The notes beneath the pieces were generated by a model that ran no database searches, was not told the DNA's origin, and worked only from the letters and a program-made list of their open reading frames with translations. Of a stretch of DNA of 64,000 nucleotides, positions 29,694-37,409 are shown piece by piece (within the stretch, counting starts at the first letter, position 1; each line of letters starts with the position of its first letter). Made by a program: the position numbers and the translations under genes. This DNA comes from Spirochaetia bacterium UBA6919. Its GTDB lineage: Bacteria > Spirochaetota > UBA6919. The stretch spans positions 1 through 64,000 of the forward strand of contig DKAT01000009.1 in NCBI GenBank assembly GCA_002450905.1, given 5' to 3'.

Positions 29694-31022
29694 ATGAAAG
29701 GATTAGAATCTTTAATTGGGGCTGGGATCGTCAGTTTCGTGGTAATTGTTGGTCTTGCCATATTAATCATTGTTGTTATTATCAAGAAATTATTGTATAT
29801 CTGTCCACCCAATGAAGTGCTTATATTCTCTGGTAGGACAAGAAAAATGTCTGATGGACGGGAAGTTGGTTACAGAACCATTAAAGGAGGGCGGGGAATT
29901 CTTATACCCTTCTTTGAATCAGTGAGTAAAATGAGTCTTACGGTAATCCCCATTGATGTCATCGTAAAAAACGCCTATTCAAAGGGTGGAATCCCGCTGG
30001 ATGTCCAGGGTATCGCCAATGTCAAAATAGCCAGTGATGATGTGCGATTATCCAATGCCCTGGAGCGGTTTCTTGGTAAGCCCTATGATCAGATCCGTCA
30101 GGTTGCCAAAGAAACTTTAGAGGGTAACCTTCGGGGTGTTCTTGCCACTCTAACTCCTGAACAGGTCAATGAAGATAGATTAAGATTTGCACAGGAACTG
30201 GCTGAGGAAGCTGAAACAGATCTTAACAAATTGGGATTGGTCATGGACACCTTAAAAATCCAGAATGTATCCGATGAAACGGGTTATCTAGACTCCATAG
30301 GACGTAAACAAACAGCGGAAATCCTCAAACAAGCTGAAATCTCAGAAGCCGATAGCCGATCAGAATCACAAATCAGGAAGGCCAAGGCTGAGCAAATGGG
30401 ACGTGTAGCGGAAGCTCAGGCTAACAAAGAAATCGCCATCGCTGAAAATGAATTAAAAGTAAAAAAAGCTCAACTTGCTGCAGAAGCTAATGCTGAAGAG
30501 GAACGTGCAAAGGTAGCGGGAGAAACTGCAAGAGCCAAAGCGGAACAAGATCTCCAAGTAGCACGAAAAGAATTGGAAATCAGAAGACTTGAAGCGGATG
30601 TTATCGCTCCTGCTCAGGCTGAAAAAGAGGCTAAAGAACTAAAGGCGAAAGGTGAGGCTGCAAAGATCATTGAAGACGGTAAGGCAACTGCTGAAGTCCT
30701 GAGAATGATGCGGGAAGAGTGGGCTAAAGCTGGAGACAATGCAAAAGATATCTTCCTCCTCCAGAAGCTCGAAAACATCGTCGGAATGGTTGTTAGTACG
30801 GTAAAAGATATACATATAGACAAAGTAACTGTTGTAGATTCAGGAAGTGGGACTGCTATCCCATCTCTGGCTAGATCTCTTCCAGCATCGGTGACAAGTA
30901 TTATCGAGCAATTAAAGACCAGTACAGGAATCGATATAGCAAATATGCTCGAAGGATATGCAAACAATAAATTACATAGCCACGATTCACAAATTGAAAA
31001 TAATGATAGTGAAATTAATTAG
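29694..31022 (+). CDS. floA: Flotillin-like SPFH (band 7) protein.
   Basis: It has an N-terminal TM helix, an SPFH core (VIPIDVIVKNAYSKGGIPLDVQGIANVKIASD) and a long A/E/K-rich coiled coil. It is 442 aa. Confidence 0.8.
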   Translation: MKGLESLIGAGIVSFVVIVGLAILIIVVIIKKLLYICPPNEVLIFSGRTRKMSDGREVGYRTIKGGRGILIPFFESVSKMSLTVIPIDVIVKNAYSKGGIPLDVQGIANVKIASDDVRLSNALERFLGKPYDQIRQVAKETLEGNLRGVLATLTPEQVNEDRLRFAQELAEEAETDLNKLGLVMDTLKIQNVSDETGYLDSIGRKQTAEILKQAEISEADSRSESQIRKAKAEQMGRVAEAQANKEIAIAENELKVKKAQLAAEANAEEERAKVAGETARAKAEQDLQVARKELEIRRLEADVIAPAQAEKEAKELKAKGEAAKIIEDGKATAEVLRMMREEWAKAGDNAKDIFLLQKLENIVGMVVSTVKDIHIDKVTVVDSGSGTAIPSLARSLPASVTSIIEQLKTSTGIDIANMLEGYANNKLHSHDSQIENNDSEIN

Positions 31023-31181
31023 ATTGTAAAATTGCTGTGTATCGAGATGATGCGTGAACCATTATCTAATAAATTATTGTTTTAATGAATATCAATAAAC
31101 AGTAATTATTGAATGTATAAACATCTAAAACAGTAGGCGATTATTATATTAACCATCAAACATTCCTTTCAAGGGAGAAAG

Positions 31182-31262
31182 ATGGGAAAATCATGGGAAA
31201 AATTATTGTTGTGTTGTATGATTTTGATCTTCTCGATAACATTTAGAATTAAAATTACATAA
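31182..31262 (+). CDS. Candidate 26-aa hydrophobic small peptide (MGKSWEKLLLCCMILIFSITFRIKIT).
   Basis: An AGGGAG Shine-Dalgarno lies 5 nt upstream of the ATG. It sits in the flotillin/GGDEF convergent gap and is too short for the ORF track. Confidence 0.3.
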   Translation: MGKSWEKLLLCCMILIFSITFRIKIT

Positions 31263-31299
31263 TTAGCACGTCAGCGGAAAGTTGTCCTAAGAATAATTT

Positions 31300-31326
31300 G
31301 AAAAAAAAAATTTCTCATTGAGAATT
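31300..31326 (-). terminator. Putative rho-independent terminator for the GGDEF gene.
   Basis: On the minus strand a hairpin TTCTCA-a-TGAGAA is followed by a T10 run. This corresponds to plus-strand A10 at 31301-31310 followed by tttctcattgagaa. Confidence 0.45.
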
Positions 31327-31349
31327 AAAATAGACTGTTGTTATAGATT

Positions 31350-32291
31350 TTATAAAATAGGAATAGATATATCTTCTTTTCGTAGGGGAATACCATCATC
31401 CGGGAAGGATATTACCTTGTTCTTTCCGGAGAATTTGGCATAGTAGAGGGCACAATCAGCCAGAGCTATTAATCTTTCTTCTGTATCTGTTACACATTCC
31501 AGCATTTGACCGATCCCAATACTGATCGTTAATTTTGTGGAATTCTTTTTATTTTCAAATGGATGTTCTTCCACTGATTTTCTGAGCCTTTCAGCCATGT
31601 TATACGCTTCCTGGGGTGAGTCATGGGTGAGAAATAAAAACTCCTCTCCGCCATATCGAATCAGAAGGTCTTCCGAGCGACTAAATTTTTTTAATATCCC
31701 TGCTACCTCTTTTAAAACAAAATCTCCAAAGGGATGTCCGAAATGATCATTAATCTCTTTAAAATTATCAATATCCAATAAAACACAAGTTAGTGGAAGA
31801 GAGCGTCTTTCAGCAATAGAAAAATAATCCTTTCCTCTATACATAAGCATTCTGCGATTATATATACCGGTAAGAACATCGGTCAAAGAAAGTTCTGTAA
31901 TCTTATCCTGTTGTTGTTTAATCCTTAACATTACACGGATGCGAGCCAGTAATTCATTGGTATCAAAAGGTTTTCGGATAAAATCATAAGCTCCCAGTTC
32001 AAGCCCTTTCACTACATAGTTTGATGAATAATAATGACCAGTTATAAATAAAATAGGGACATTGACCATACGATTATCTTGTTTGAGAATTTTACATACA
32101 TCAAAACCACTGATCTCAGGTAGAGAAATATCCAGAAGAATTAGATCTGGATTCTGCTCCCTGGCTAATATTATACCATCTTCACCATTATTGGCAGTCA
32201 GAGTTTCATAATCCTCATCTTCCAACAGCATGGATATACTCTTGCAAACAGCCGGAGAATCATCTATAATTAATATTTTACACATAGTCAT
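31350..32291 (-). CDS. Response regulator receiver fused to a GGDEF diguanylate cyclase.
   Basis: The REC domain is ILIIDDSPAV...LILLDISLP. The GGDEF domain has RYGGEEF. It is an orphan with no cognate kinase adjacent. Confidence 0.85.
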   Translation of the reverse strand: MTMCKILIIDDSPAVCKSISMLLEDEDYETLTANNGEDGIILAREQNPDLILLDISLPEISGFDVCKILKQDNRMVNVPILFITGHYYSSNYVVKGLELGAYDFIRKPFDTNELLARIRVMLRIKQQQDKITELSLTDVLTGIYNRRMLMYRGKDYFSIAERRSLPLTCVLLDIDNFKEINDHFGHPFGDFVLKEVAGILKKFSRSEDLLIRYGGEEFLFLTHDSPQEAYNMAERLRKSVEEHPFENKKNSTKLTISIGIGQMLECVTDTEERLIALADCALYYAKFSGKNKVISFPDDGIPLRKEDISIPIL

Positions 32292-32509
32292 CTCAAATTT
32301 AATAAAAAAAACATTATTATTTAAAAATCCTTATGATAACATGGATAAACAATTTCACCTGTTTCATTTATTTTTGGGCTTAAAAATTACAAAAGGATTA
32401 TGATATATATTAACACATTTTGAGAGGAATTTATCATAATTTAAGATAAATTCTTTGCCAAATTAAACAAAATCCATTAAATTAAGTGATTATATTTTAA
32501 GGATGATTT

Positions 32510-33106
32510 ATGTATCGGCAATTGCAAAAGGGTTTTATTCTAAATATTGGAATTTTCATTTTTTTTCTGCTAATTACAAGTTCTTGTGGTCAGAAGAAAG
32601 ATTCAAAGAAAGACACCACGGACAAATCTCAAAATAAGACAGAAAATAAGGTTATCCAGCCCAATAAGAAATCTAAAAACACTGTCCAGAAAGGAGATCT
32701 GGTGACAGTTCATTATATCGGACGTTTTAAAAATGGCAAGATCTTTGATCAGTCTAAGAAAGAGAAACCATTGTCGTTTAAAGCAGGTGTAGGAGAAGTA
32801 GTACCAGGTTTTGACAATGCCGTTTTATCCATGAAATTAGGGGAAAAGAAGACTGTTGATATCCCTATGAAGGATGCATACGGCAAACGAGATGAGAAAT
32901 TAGAACAAAAGCTCCCTGTTAGTATGTTCCCCAAGGGATTTAAATTTGAAATAGGTAAGACAATCCCTCTTCAGGATACCGACACAAAACAATTAAGACC
33001 TGTTATCATAAAGAAATTTGATGACAAAATGGTTACCGTCGATTTAAATCACCCCATGGCTGGAAAGGATCTTCAATTTGAAATCCAACTTGTTGCTATT
33101 GAATAA
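32510..33106 (+). CDS. FKBP-type peptidyl-prolyl cis-trans isomerase lipoprotein.
   Basis: It has lipobox TSSC and FKBP motifs GDLVTVHYIGRFKNGKIFDQS...FKAGVGEVVPGFDNAV. Confidence 0.8.
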   Translation: MYRQLQKGFILNIGIFIFFLLITSSCGQKKDSKKDTTDKSQNKTENKVIQPNKKSKNTVQKGDLVTVHYIGRFKNGKIFDQSKKEKPLSFKAGVGEVVPGFDNAVLSMKLGEKKTVDIPMKDAYGKRDEKLEQKLPVSMFPKGFKFEIGKTIPLQDTDTKQLRPVIIKKFDDKMVTVDLNHPMAGKDLQFEIQLVAIE

Positions 33107-33205
33107 TTAATTTATATTTATTTGATTTCTACTTAAACAATATTCCAACACCGATAATCAATTTAATAGATTAATATTTATCAATCTTGTATTATATTTA
33201 ATATT

Positions 33206-33784
33206 ATGAATGAAACCATCCCGCGAAACCAACCCAAATTCCATCACAAACATGCAACTGTAAAGGATTACGATTTCCTTGAAGACGACGGATTCCGCTA
33301 CGAACTCATTAATGGAGTCTTAAATATGGCACCCTCACCTATCCGGATACATCAGAAAATAATCAATGATTTATCTTATATAATTAATGATTTTTTAGCC
33401 TCAGACCCTATTGGAGAACTTTATCCTGCTCCATTTGATGTCCAGTTCAACGACAAAAACATCTTCCAGCCGGATCTCCTCTTCGTATCCAAAGATCGCC
33501 TTCATATCATCACCGAGAAACGTGTCATCGGTACCCCTGATTTGGTCATCGAAATATTGTCCGAATCCTCTTACGAACTCGACACGAAGATTAAATACAA
33601 AGTCTATGAGGAATCTGGAGTACAGGAATATTGGATTGTTGATCCCACTAAGAAATCCATGAAGTTTTATCAATTATCCGGTAAGTCCTTCAAAGAAATC
33701 CCATATGATACCCAATACCCCAGCTTAGTATTAAAGAATTTCACCATCCAACCTCAACACTTCTTTCAAAACCTATCACTATAA
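33206..33784 (+). CDS. Uma2-family (DUF820) putative PD-(D/E)XK endonuclease.
   Basis: The family-typical motifs are YELINGVL, PDLLFVS, TPDLVIEILS and EYWIVDP. Confidence 0.7.
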   Translation: MNETIPRNQPKFHHKHATVKDYDFLEDDGFRYELINGVLNMAPSPIRIHQKIINDLSYIINDFLASDPIGELYPAPFDVQFNDKNIFQPDLLFVSKDRLHIITEKRVIGTPDLVIEILSESSYELDTKIKYKVYEESGVQEYWIVDPTKKSMKFYQLSGKSFKEIPYDTQYPSLVLKNFTIQPQHFFQNLSL

Positions 33785-33872
33785 AATAGAAGACATCTAT
33801 TAGACAATACTGATTCAACTATAAAATCATCAATATTATAATATAAATACAAAGGCACTTAAACTAAACAAT

Positions 33873-33899
33873 ATCGGAACTGAAATTTTTGATTCCGAT
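33873..33899. repeat. Palindromic intergenic element, copy 4, with an extended conserved 5' flank.
   Basis: The sequence is atcggaactgaaatttttgattccgat. The preceding ggcacttaaactaaacaat matches the flank of the copy at 46019. Confidence 0.7.
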
Positions 33900-34023
33900 G
33901 GTGTTTCATCTTGAAGGCACTTTCTATGAAGTCTTATCTATATACCATGTACAAAACTAAATTGTTATTATCAAATTGGAATAAAATGAAAATTTACTTG
34001 ACTACATACCATATAGTATGTAT

Positions 34024-34045
34024 TATTATACCAACTGGTAGGTAT
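34024..34045. promoter_or_regulatory. Putative TetR operator, site 1, just upstream of the TetR gene.
   Basis: TATTATACCAACTGGTAGGTAT contains the inverted repeat TACC-N4-GGTA. An almost identical 22-mer recurs upstream of the next gene. Confidence 0.5.
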
Positions 34046-34053
34046 ATGTTTCT

Positions 34054-34653
34054 ATGGCACAAAAAAACCTCAATACTAAAGATAAATTATTGGATTCCGC
34101 TATGAATCTTATGCTTAAAAAGGGATTTACAGCGACAACCTTAGATGATATCTGTGAGAATGCTGGTGTTACAAAGGGAAGTTTCTTTCATTATTTTACA
34201 AACAAAGAAGATTTGGGGATTCATGTCTTGACATATTATACCAATGATTTTCTGATTCGGATTCAGGACAAGGGTATTCCAAATATAAGTGATCCAGTAA
34301 AACGGCTGGAGACCTTTCTGGATTTTATAATCGATTTATTTCATCAAAATATATATGATAAATCCTGTCTTGTAGGAAATTTATCTCAAGAAATTTCAAA
34401 TACCCATGAACCCATACGAATTGTATGCTCTGATATTTTTAATCTGATTTCTGGTATTGTGAATGAAATGCTCAAGGAGATGAAATACAAACTCAAACCA
34501 CATGTAGAAATCGAAACCATGGAATTGTCAGATACTCTAATAGCCTTGATCCAGGGTTCTGCCCTTATTGCTAAAGCTCATCAGAATGGGGATATCATGA
34601 AAATTAGTCTTTTTCATTATAAACAATATATATTGAACTTATTTTCAATTTAA
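34054..34653 (+). CDS. TetR/AcrR-family transcriptional regulator.
   Basis: The N-terminal HTH is LLDSAMNLMLKKGFTATTLDDICENAGVTKGSFFHYF. It is 199 aa. Confidence 0.8.
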   Translation: MAQKNLNTKDKLLDSAMNLMLKKGFTATTLDDICENAGVTKGSFFHYFTNKEDLGIHVLTYYTNDFLIRIQDKGIPNISDPVKRLETFLDFIIDLFHQNIYDKSCLVGNLSQEISNTHEPIRIVCSDIFNLISGIVNEMLKEMKYKLKPHVEIETMELSDTLIALIQGSALIAKAHQNGDIMKISLFHYKQYILNLFSI

Positions 34654-34676
34654 TTATCTATGTAATTATGTGTTAA

Positions 34677-34699
34677 ATATTATACCAACCGGTAGGTAT
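34677..34699. promoter_or_regulatory. Putative TetR operator, site 2, upstream of the epimerase gene.
   Basis: TATTATACCAACCGGTAGGTAT matches site 1 at 21 of 22 positions. Confidence 0.5.
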
Positions 34700-34737
34700 C
34701 ATATAATTAATACAACAAGTTATGTTAATATCTATAA

Positions 34738-35751
34738 TTGATGGAGGTATCTATGAAAGTATTAATCACAGGGGCAAATGGATTTGTTGGAAGTCATCTT
34801 TTAGAGTATTTTAAAGAAAAAAATGATTTTACTATAGTAGTTGCTGTTCGGGAAAAGAATAAATTACACATCAGTGAGGGAATTGAAGTTCGGAAAGGGG
34901 ATTTGAGAGATCATCAATATGTAGTGGAGTTAATAAAAGATATTGACGTGGTGTGTCATACTGCGGCATGGTCTTCAGTCTGGAAACACAAGAAGGAATC
35001 TCATGAATTGTTTTATCAACCCAGTATACAGTTATTAAATGAATGTGTAAAGCAGAATGTAAAACGTTTTATATTTATTAGTACGACGAGTGCCGCATCT
35101 CCAAATCAATCCCATGACCCCATGAGTTATGGTATTTCAAGAAATTTCTGGCCTCACATAAATAACATCATTTTGATAGAAAATAAAATGCGGGAACTTG
35201 CTTCAAGTAAGATTTCTATGGTAAATATGCGATGCGGTTTATTTTTGGGGAAACGCTATAATATATCTGCACTCCCAATACTTCTACCCAGATTAAAAAC
35301 ACATTTGGTACCTTGGTTAGCAGGTGGAAACACAAGTATGCCCTTTGTAGATGGAAAAGATATTGCTCAGGCTATTTATTTGGCTGTTATGAATAGTGAT
35401 CTTAAGGGTTATGAATCCTTTAATATTGTTGGACCAAGTATACCCACAGCCAGAGAGGTCATTACTGCTGTTTGTGATGAATATAATTATCCTAAACCGC
35501 ATTTTAGTGTCCCATTTCCGATTGGTTATGCCTTTGGGTGGCTTATGGAAGTTTTGAATCCTATATTGCCAGGAGAACCCCTTGTGACACGGAGTATTAT
35601 ACATTTATTGGAGGAATGTAACGTCGATAATAACCGGGCTAGATCAAAACTGGGCTATCATCCAAAAATATCATGGAAGGAATCTTTAATTGATTTTATG
35701 AATGAATTTAAATCAAGAGAATCTATAAAGATGTCTAAATCAATATTGTGA
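34738..35751 (+). CDS. NAD-dependent epimerase/dehydratase (SDR family).
   Basis: It has a Rossmann motif VLITGANGFVGSHL. The likely true start is the MKVLITG codon at about 34753. Confidence 0.7.
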   Translation: MMEVSMKVLITGANGFVGSHLLEYFKEKNDFTIVVAVREKNKLHISEGIEVRKGDLRDHQYVVELIKDIDVVCHTAAWSSVWKHKKESHELFYQPSIQLLNECVKQNVKRFIFISTTSAASPNQSHDPMSYGISRNFWPHINNIILIENKMRELASSKISMVNMRCGLFLGKRYNISALPILLPRLKTHLVPWLAGGNTSMPFVDGKDIAQAIYLAVMNSDLKGYESFNIVGPSIPTAREVITAVCDEYNYPKPHFSVPFPIGYAFGWLMEVLNPILPGEPLVTRSIIHLLEECNVDNNRARSKLGYHPKISWKESLIDFMNEFKSRESIKMSKSIL

Positions 35752-35770
35752 GTTTGATGTGATTTATGAA

Positions 35771-36148
35771 TTAGTCTTTTTTTTCTATTTTAATGATTTT
35801 TATAATTTTGCAATAATGTTCAATAATCCGGAAACCACCTTGGGGGGATTGCTCGTACTGTGATTTGGGTTTATAAGTACGATATTTTGTTTCGATGATT
35901 TTCACCCGGATTTTTGCTGAATCAATCTCTTTTGGATCACCTAATATTTTTTTAAAATGGGAGTTAGAGAATATGTAATGGGTATAATGAGCACTCTTGC
36001 GGTTACAATTGGGACAATAAATGATATTTCCCTTTCTTTCTGAAAGACGATTTCCGTTGAATTGTAATACCTTCTCGTTCTCTGAAGTGTATGAAATACT
36101 TGAGTTAATTAGAATTGTAAAAATAAGTAGCGTCATCCAATTAGTCAT
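35771..36148 (-). CDS. Small secreted CxxC protein, paralog 1 of a tandem triplet.
   Basis: It has a signal peptide. Its motifs YCPNC, HY.HY, HFKKILGDPK, AKIRVKI and the C-terminal HYCKIIKI are shared with the next two genes. Confidence 0.55.
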   Translation of the reverse strand: MTNWMTLLIFTILINSSISYTSENEKVLQFNGNRLSERKGNIIYCPNCNRKSAHYTHYIFSNSHFKKILGDPKEIDSAKIRVKIIETKYRTYKPKSQYEQSPQGGFRIIEHYCKIIKIIKIEKKD

Positions 36149-36235
36149 GAATTATTCTCCTTAAATGAAAATAAAATTATTATTATAATTTAAGATAATC
36201 TAACACTAAGTCAAGTTATTTTGTATGTTATATAT

Positions 36236-36637
36236 CTAATTATCATTGTTATGATTAATATATATTATTTTAATTATTTTGCATAAATTGATTGTTTCAT
36301 GAATTGTACTTCCACTGCCCTTGTGCATACTCTCTGATTTAAGGAAGTAGGTACGATTTATGGTTTTATATATTTGTATTTTAATTTTAGCCCTTTTAAT
36401 TTTTTTTGGATCTCCCAGAAGTTTTTTAAAATGGACTTTACGAAAGGAGTAGCGGGTATATTGAGTGCGTTTTGTAAGGCAGTTAGAACAATAAGATATG
36501 TAGCCATCATTATAATAAGTTTTATTACCCTCTAACTCAAGAATCATCGTTTTATTATTCGAGTTTAGGATATTTATAAATAATAGGAGTGTACAAATTA
36601 TCATTAAAAATATTTTCATAAAATTATCTAGAGACAA
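36236..36637 (-). CDS. Small secreted CxxC protein, paralog 2.
   Basis: It has a signal peptide (internal MKIF start likely). Motifs are YCSNC, HFKKLLGDPK, AKIKIQI and LCKIIKI. Confidence 0.55.
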   Translation of the reverse strand: MSLDNFMKIFLMIICTLLLFINILNSNNKTMILELEGNKTYYNDGYISYCSNCLTKRTQYTRYSFRKVHFKKLLGDPKKIKRAKIKIQIYKTINRTYFLKSESMHKGSGSTIHETINLCKIIKIIYINHNNDN

Positions 36638-37077
36638 GATATCAACGTATTATATATTAAATATATTAAAAATAAATTGTATTTATTTATTTTTTTTATG
36701 AAATTATATACCTTGATAATCTCACAATAATGTATTGTATGACTGGATACCACAGGATAATATTGATTTGTAGGAATTCCTGAAATCATTTCTGGTGGTG
36801 AATTGATGTATTTTATCTTATGAATAATAATTCGGACATTCGCTGTTAAAAGATTTTTTGGATCACCGAGGAGTTTTTTGAAATTATTATATGGTAAGAT
36901 ATAGTAAACATAATGATTTGACTTACTCACGCTGCAATGGGAACAATAGAATACCAAATTGTTTTTGACTTGTAAATCAATCCCGTCGATAGATATAGTA
37001 TGATATTTATCTTTAGAATATGTTGTTACTATATATATTGATAAAATTAGGGTAATTAAAATAATCTTGTGTTTAAT
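36628..37077 (-). CDS. Small secreted CxxC protein, paralog 3. The reading frame stays open upstream of the track's TTG start through a signal-peptide-like segment that has no canonical start codon.
   Basis: Motifs are YCSHC, NFKKLLGDPK, ANVRIII and HYCEIIKV. The in-frame upstream translation IKHKIILITLILSIYIVTTYSK... resembles the paralogs' signal peptides but offers only ATT or GTT codons. The 5' end is uncertain. Confidence 0.4.
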   Translation of the reverse strand: MKHKIILITLILSIYIVTTYSKDKYHTISIDGIDLQVKNNLVFYCSHCSVSKSNHYVYYILPYNNFKKLLGDPKNLLTANVRIIIHKIKYINSPPEMISGIPTNQYYPVVSSHTIHYCEIIKVYNFIKKINKYNLFLIYLIYNTLISCL

Positions 37078-37409
37078 AACATCAACTTGAAAATATTTGT
37101 AGTTATAAATTTAATTCAGTTAAATCTTACACAAAATAGATTTCTTATAAAATTATCGAATAATTATTGATATTTTTATGATTTTTATTATATTTTATTT
37201 CCAATTATTAGGATAAGTCAGTGCTTAAAGAAGGGTTCATTTATTGATGCAGTGATGTTTATCCTCCTATTATTATTTTGTTCATAAATATTTATAAATT
37301 TTCCCTACCCCTATATGTACGATTACAAAATGGATTTTCAACGATTATTAATGGCACTATTAGTATAATAATTTATTATTTTAGAAAATAGAAGAGAAGG
37401 AGTTTTTAA

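Noticed and set aside
30614-30967. 117-aa minus-strand ORF inside the flotillin gene.
   Set aside because: It is antisense to the Ala/Glu-rich coiled-coil coding region, which produces an artefactual open frame. The flotillin call is much stronger.
33852-33921. Possible 9-bp target-site duplication (aaggcactt) flanking palindromic element copy 4, which would suggest a MITE.
   Set aside because: Only this copy shows the flanking direct repeat. The upstream ggcactta..actaaaca segment is instead shared with copy 6 as part of an extended element. No other copy has duplicated flanks, so mobility is unproven.
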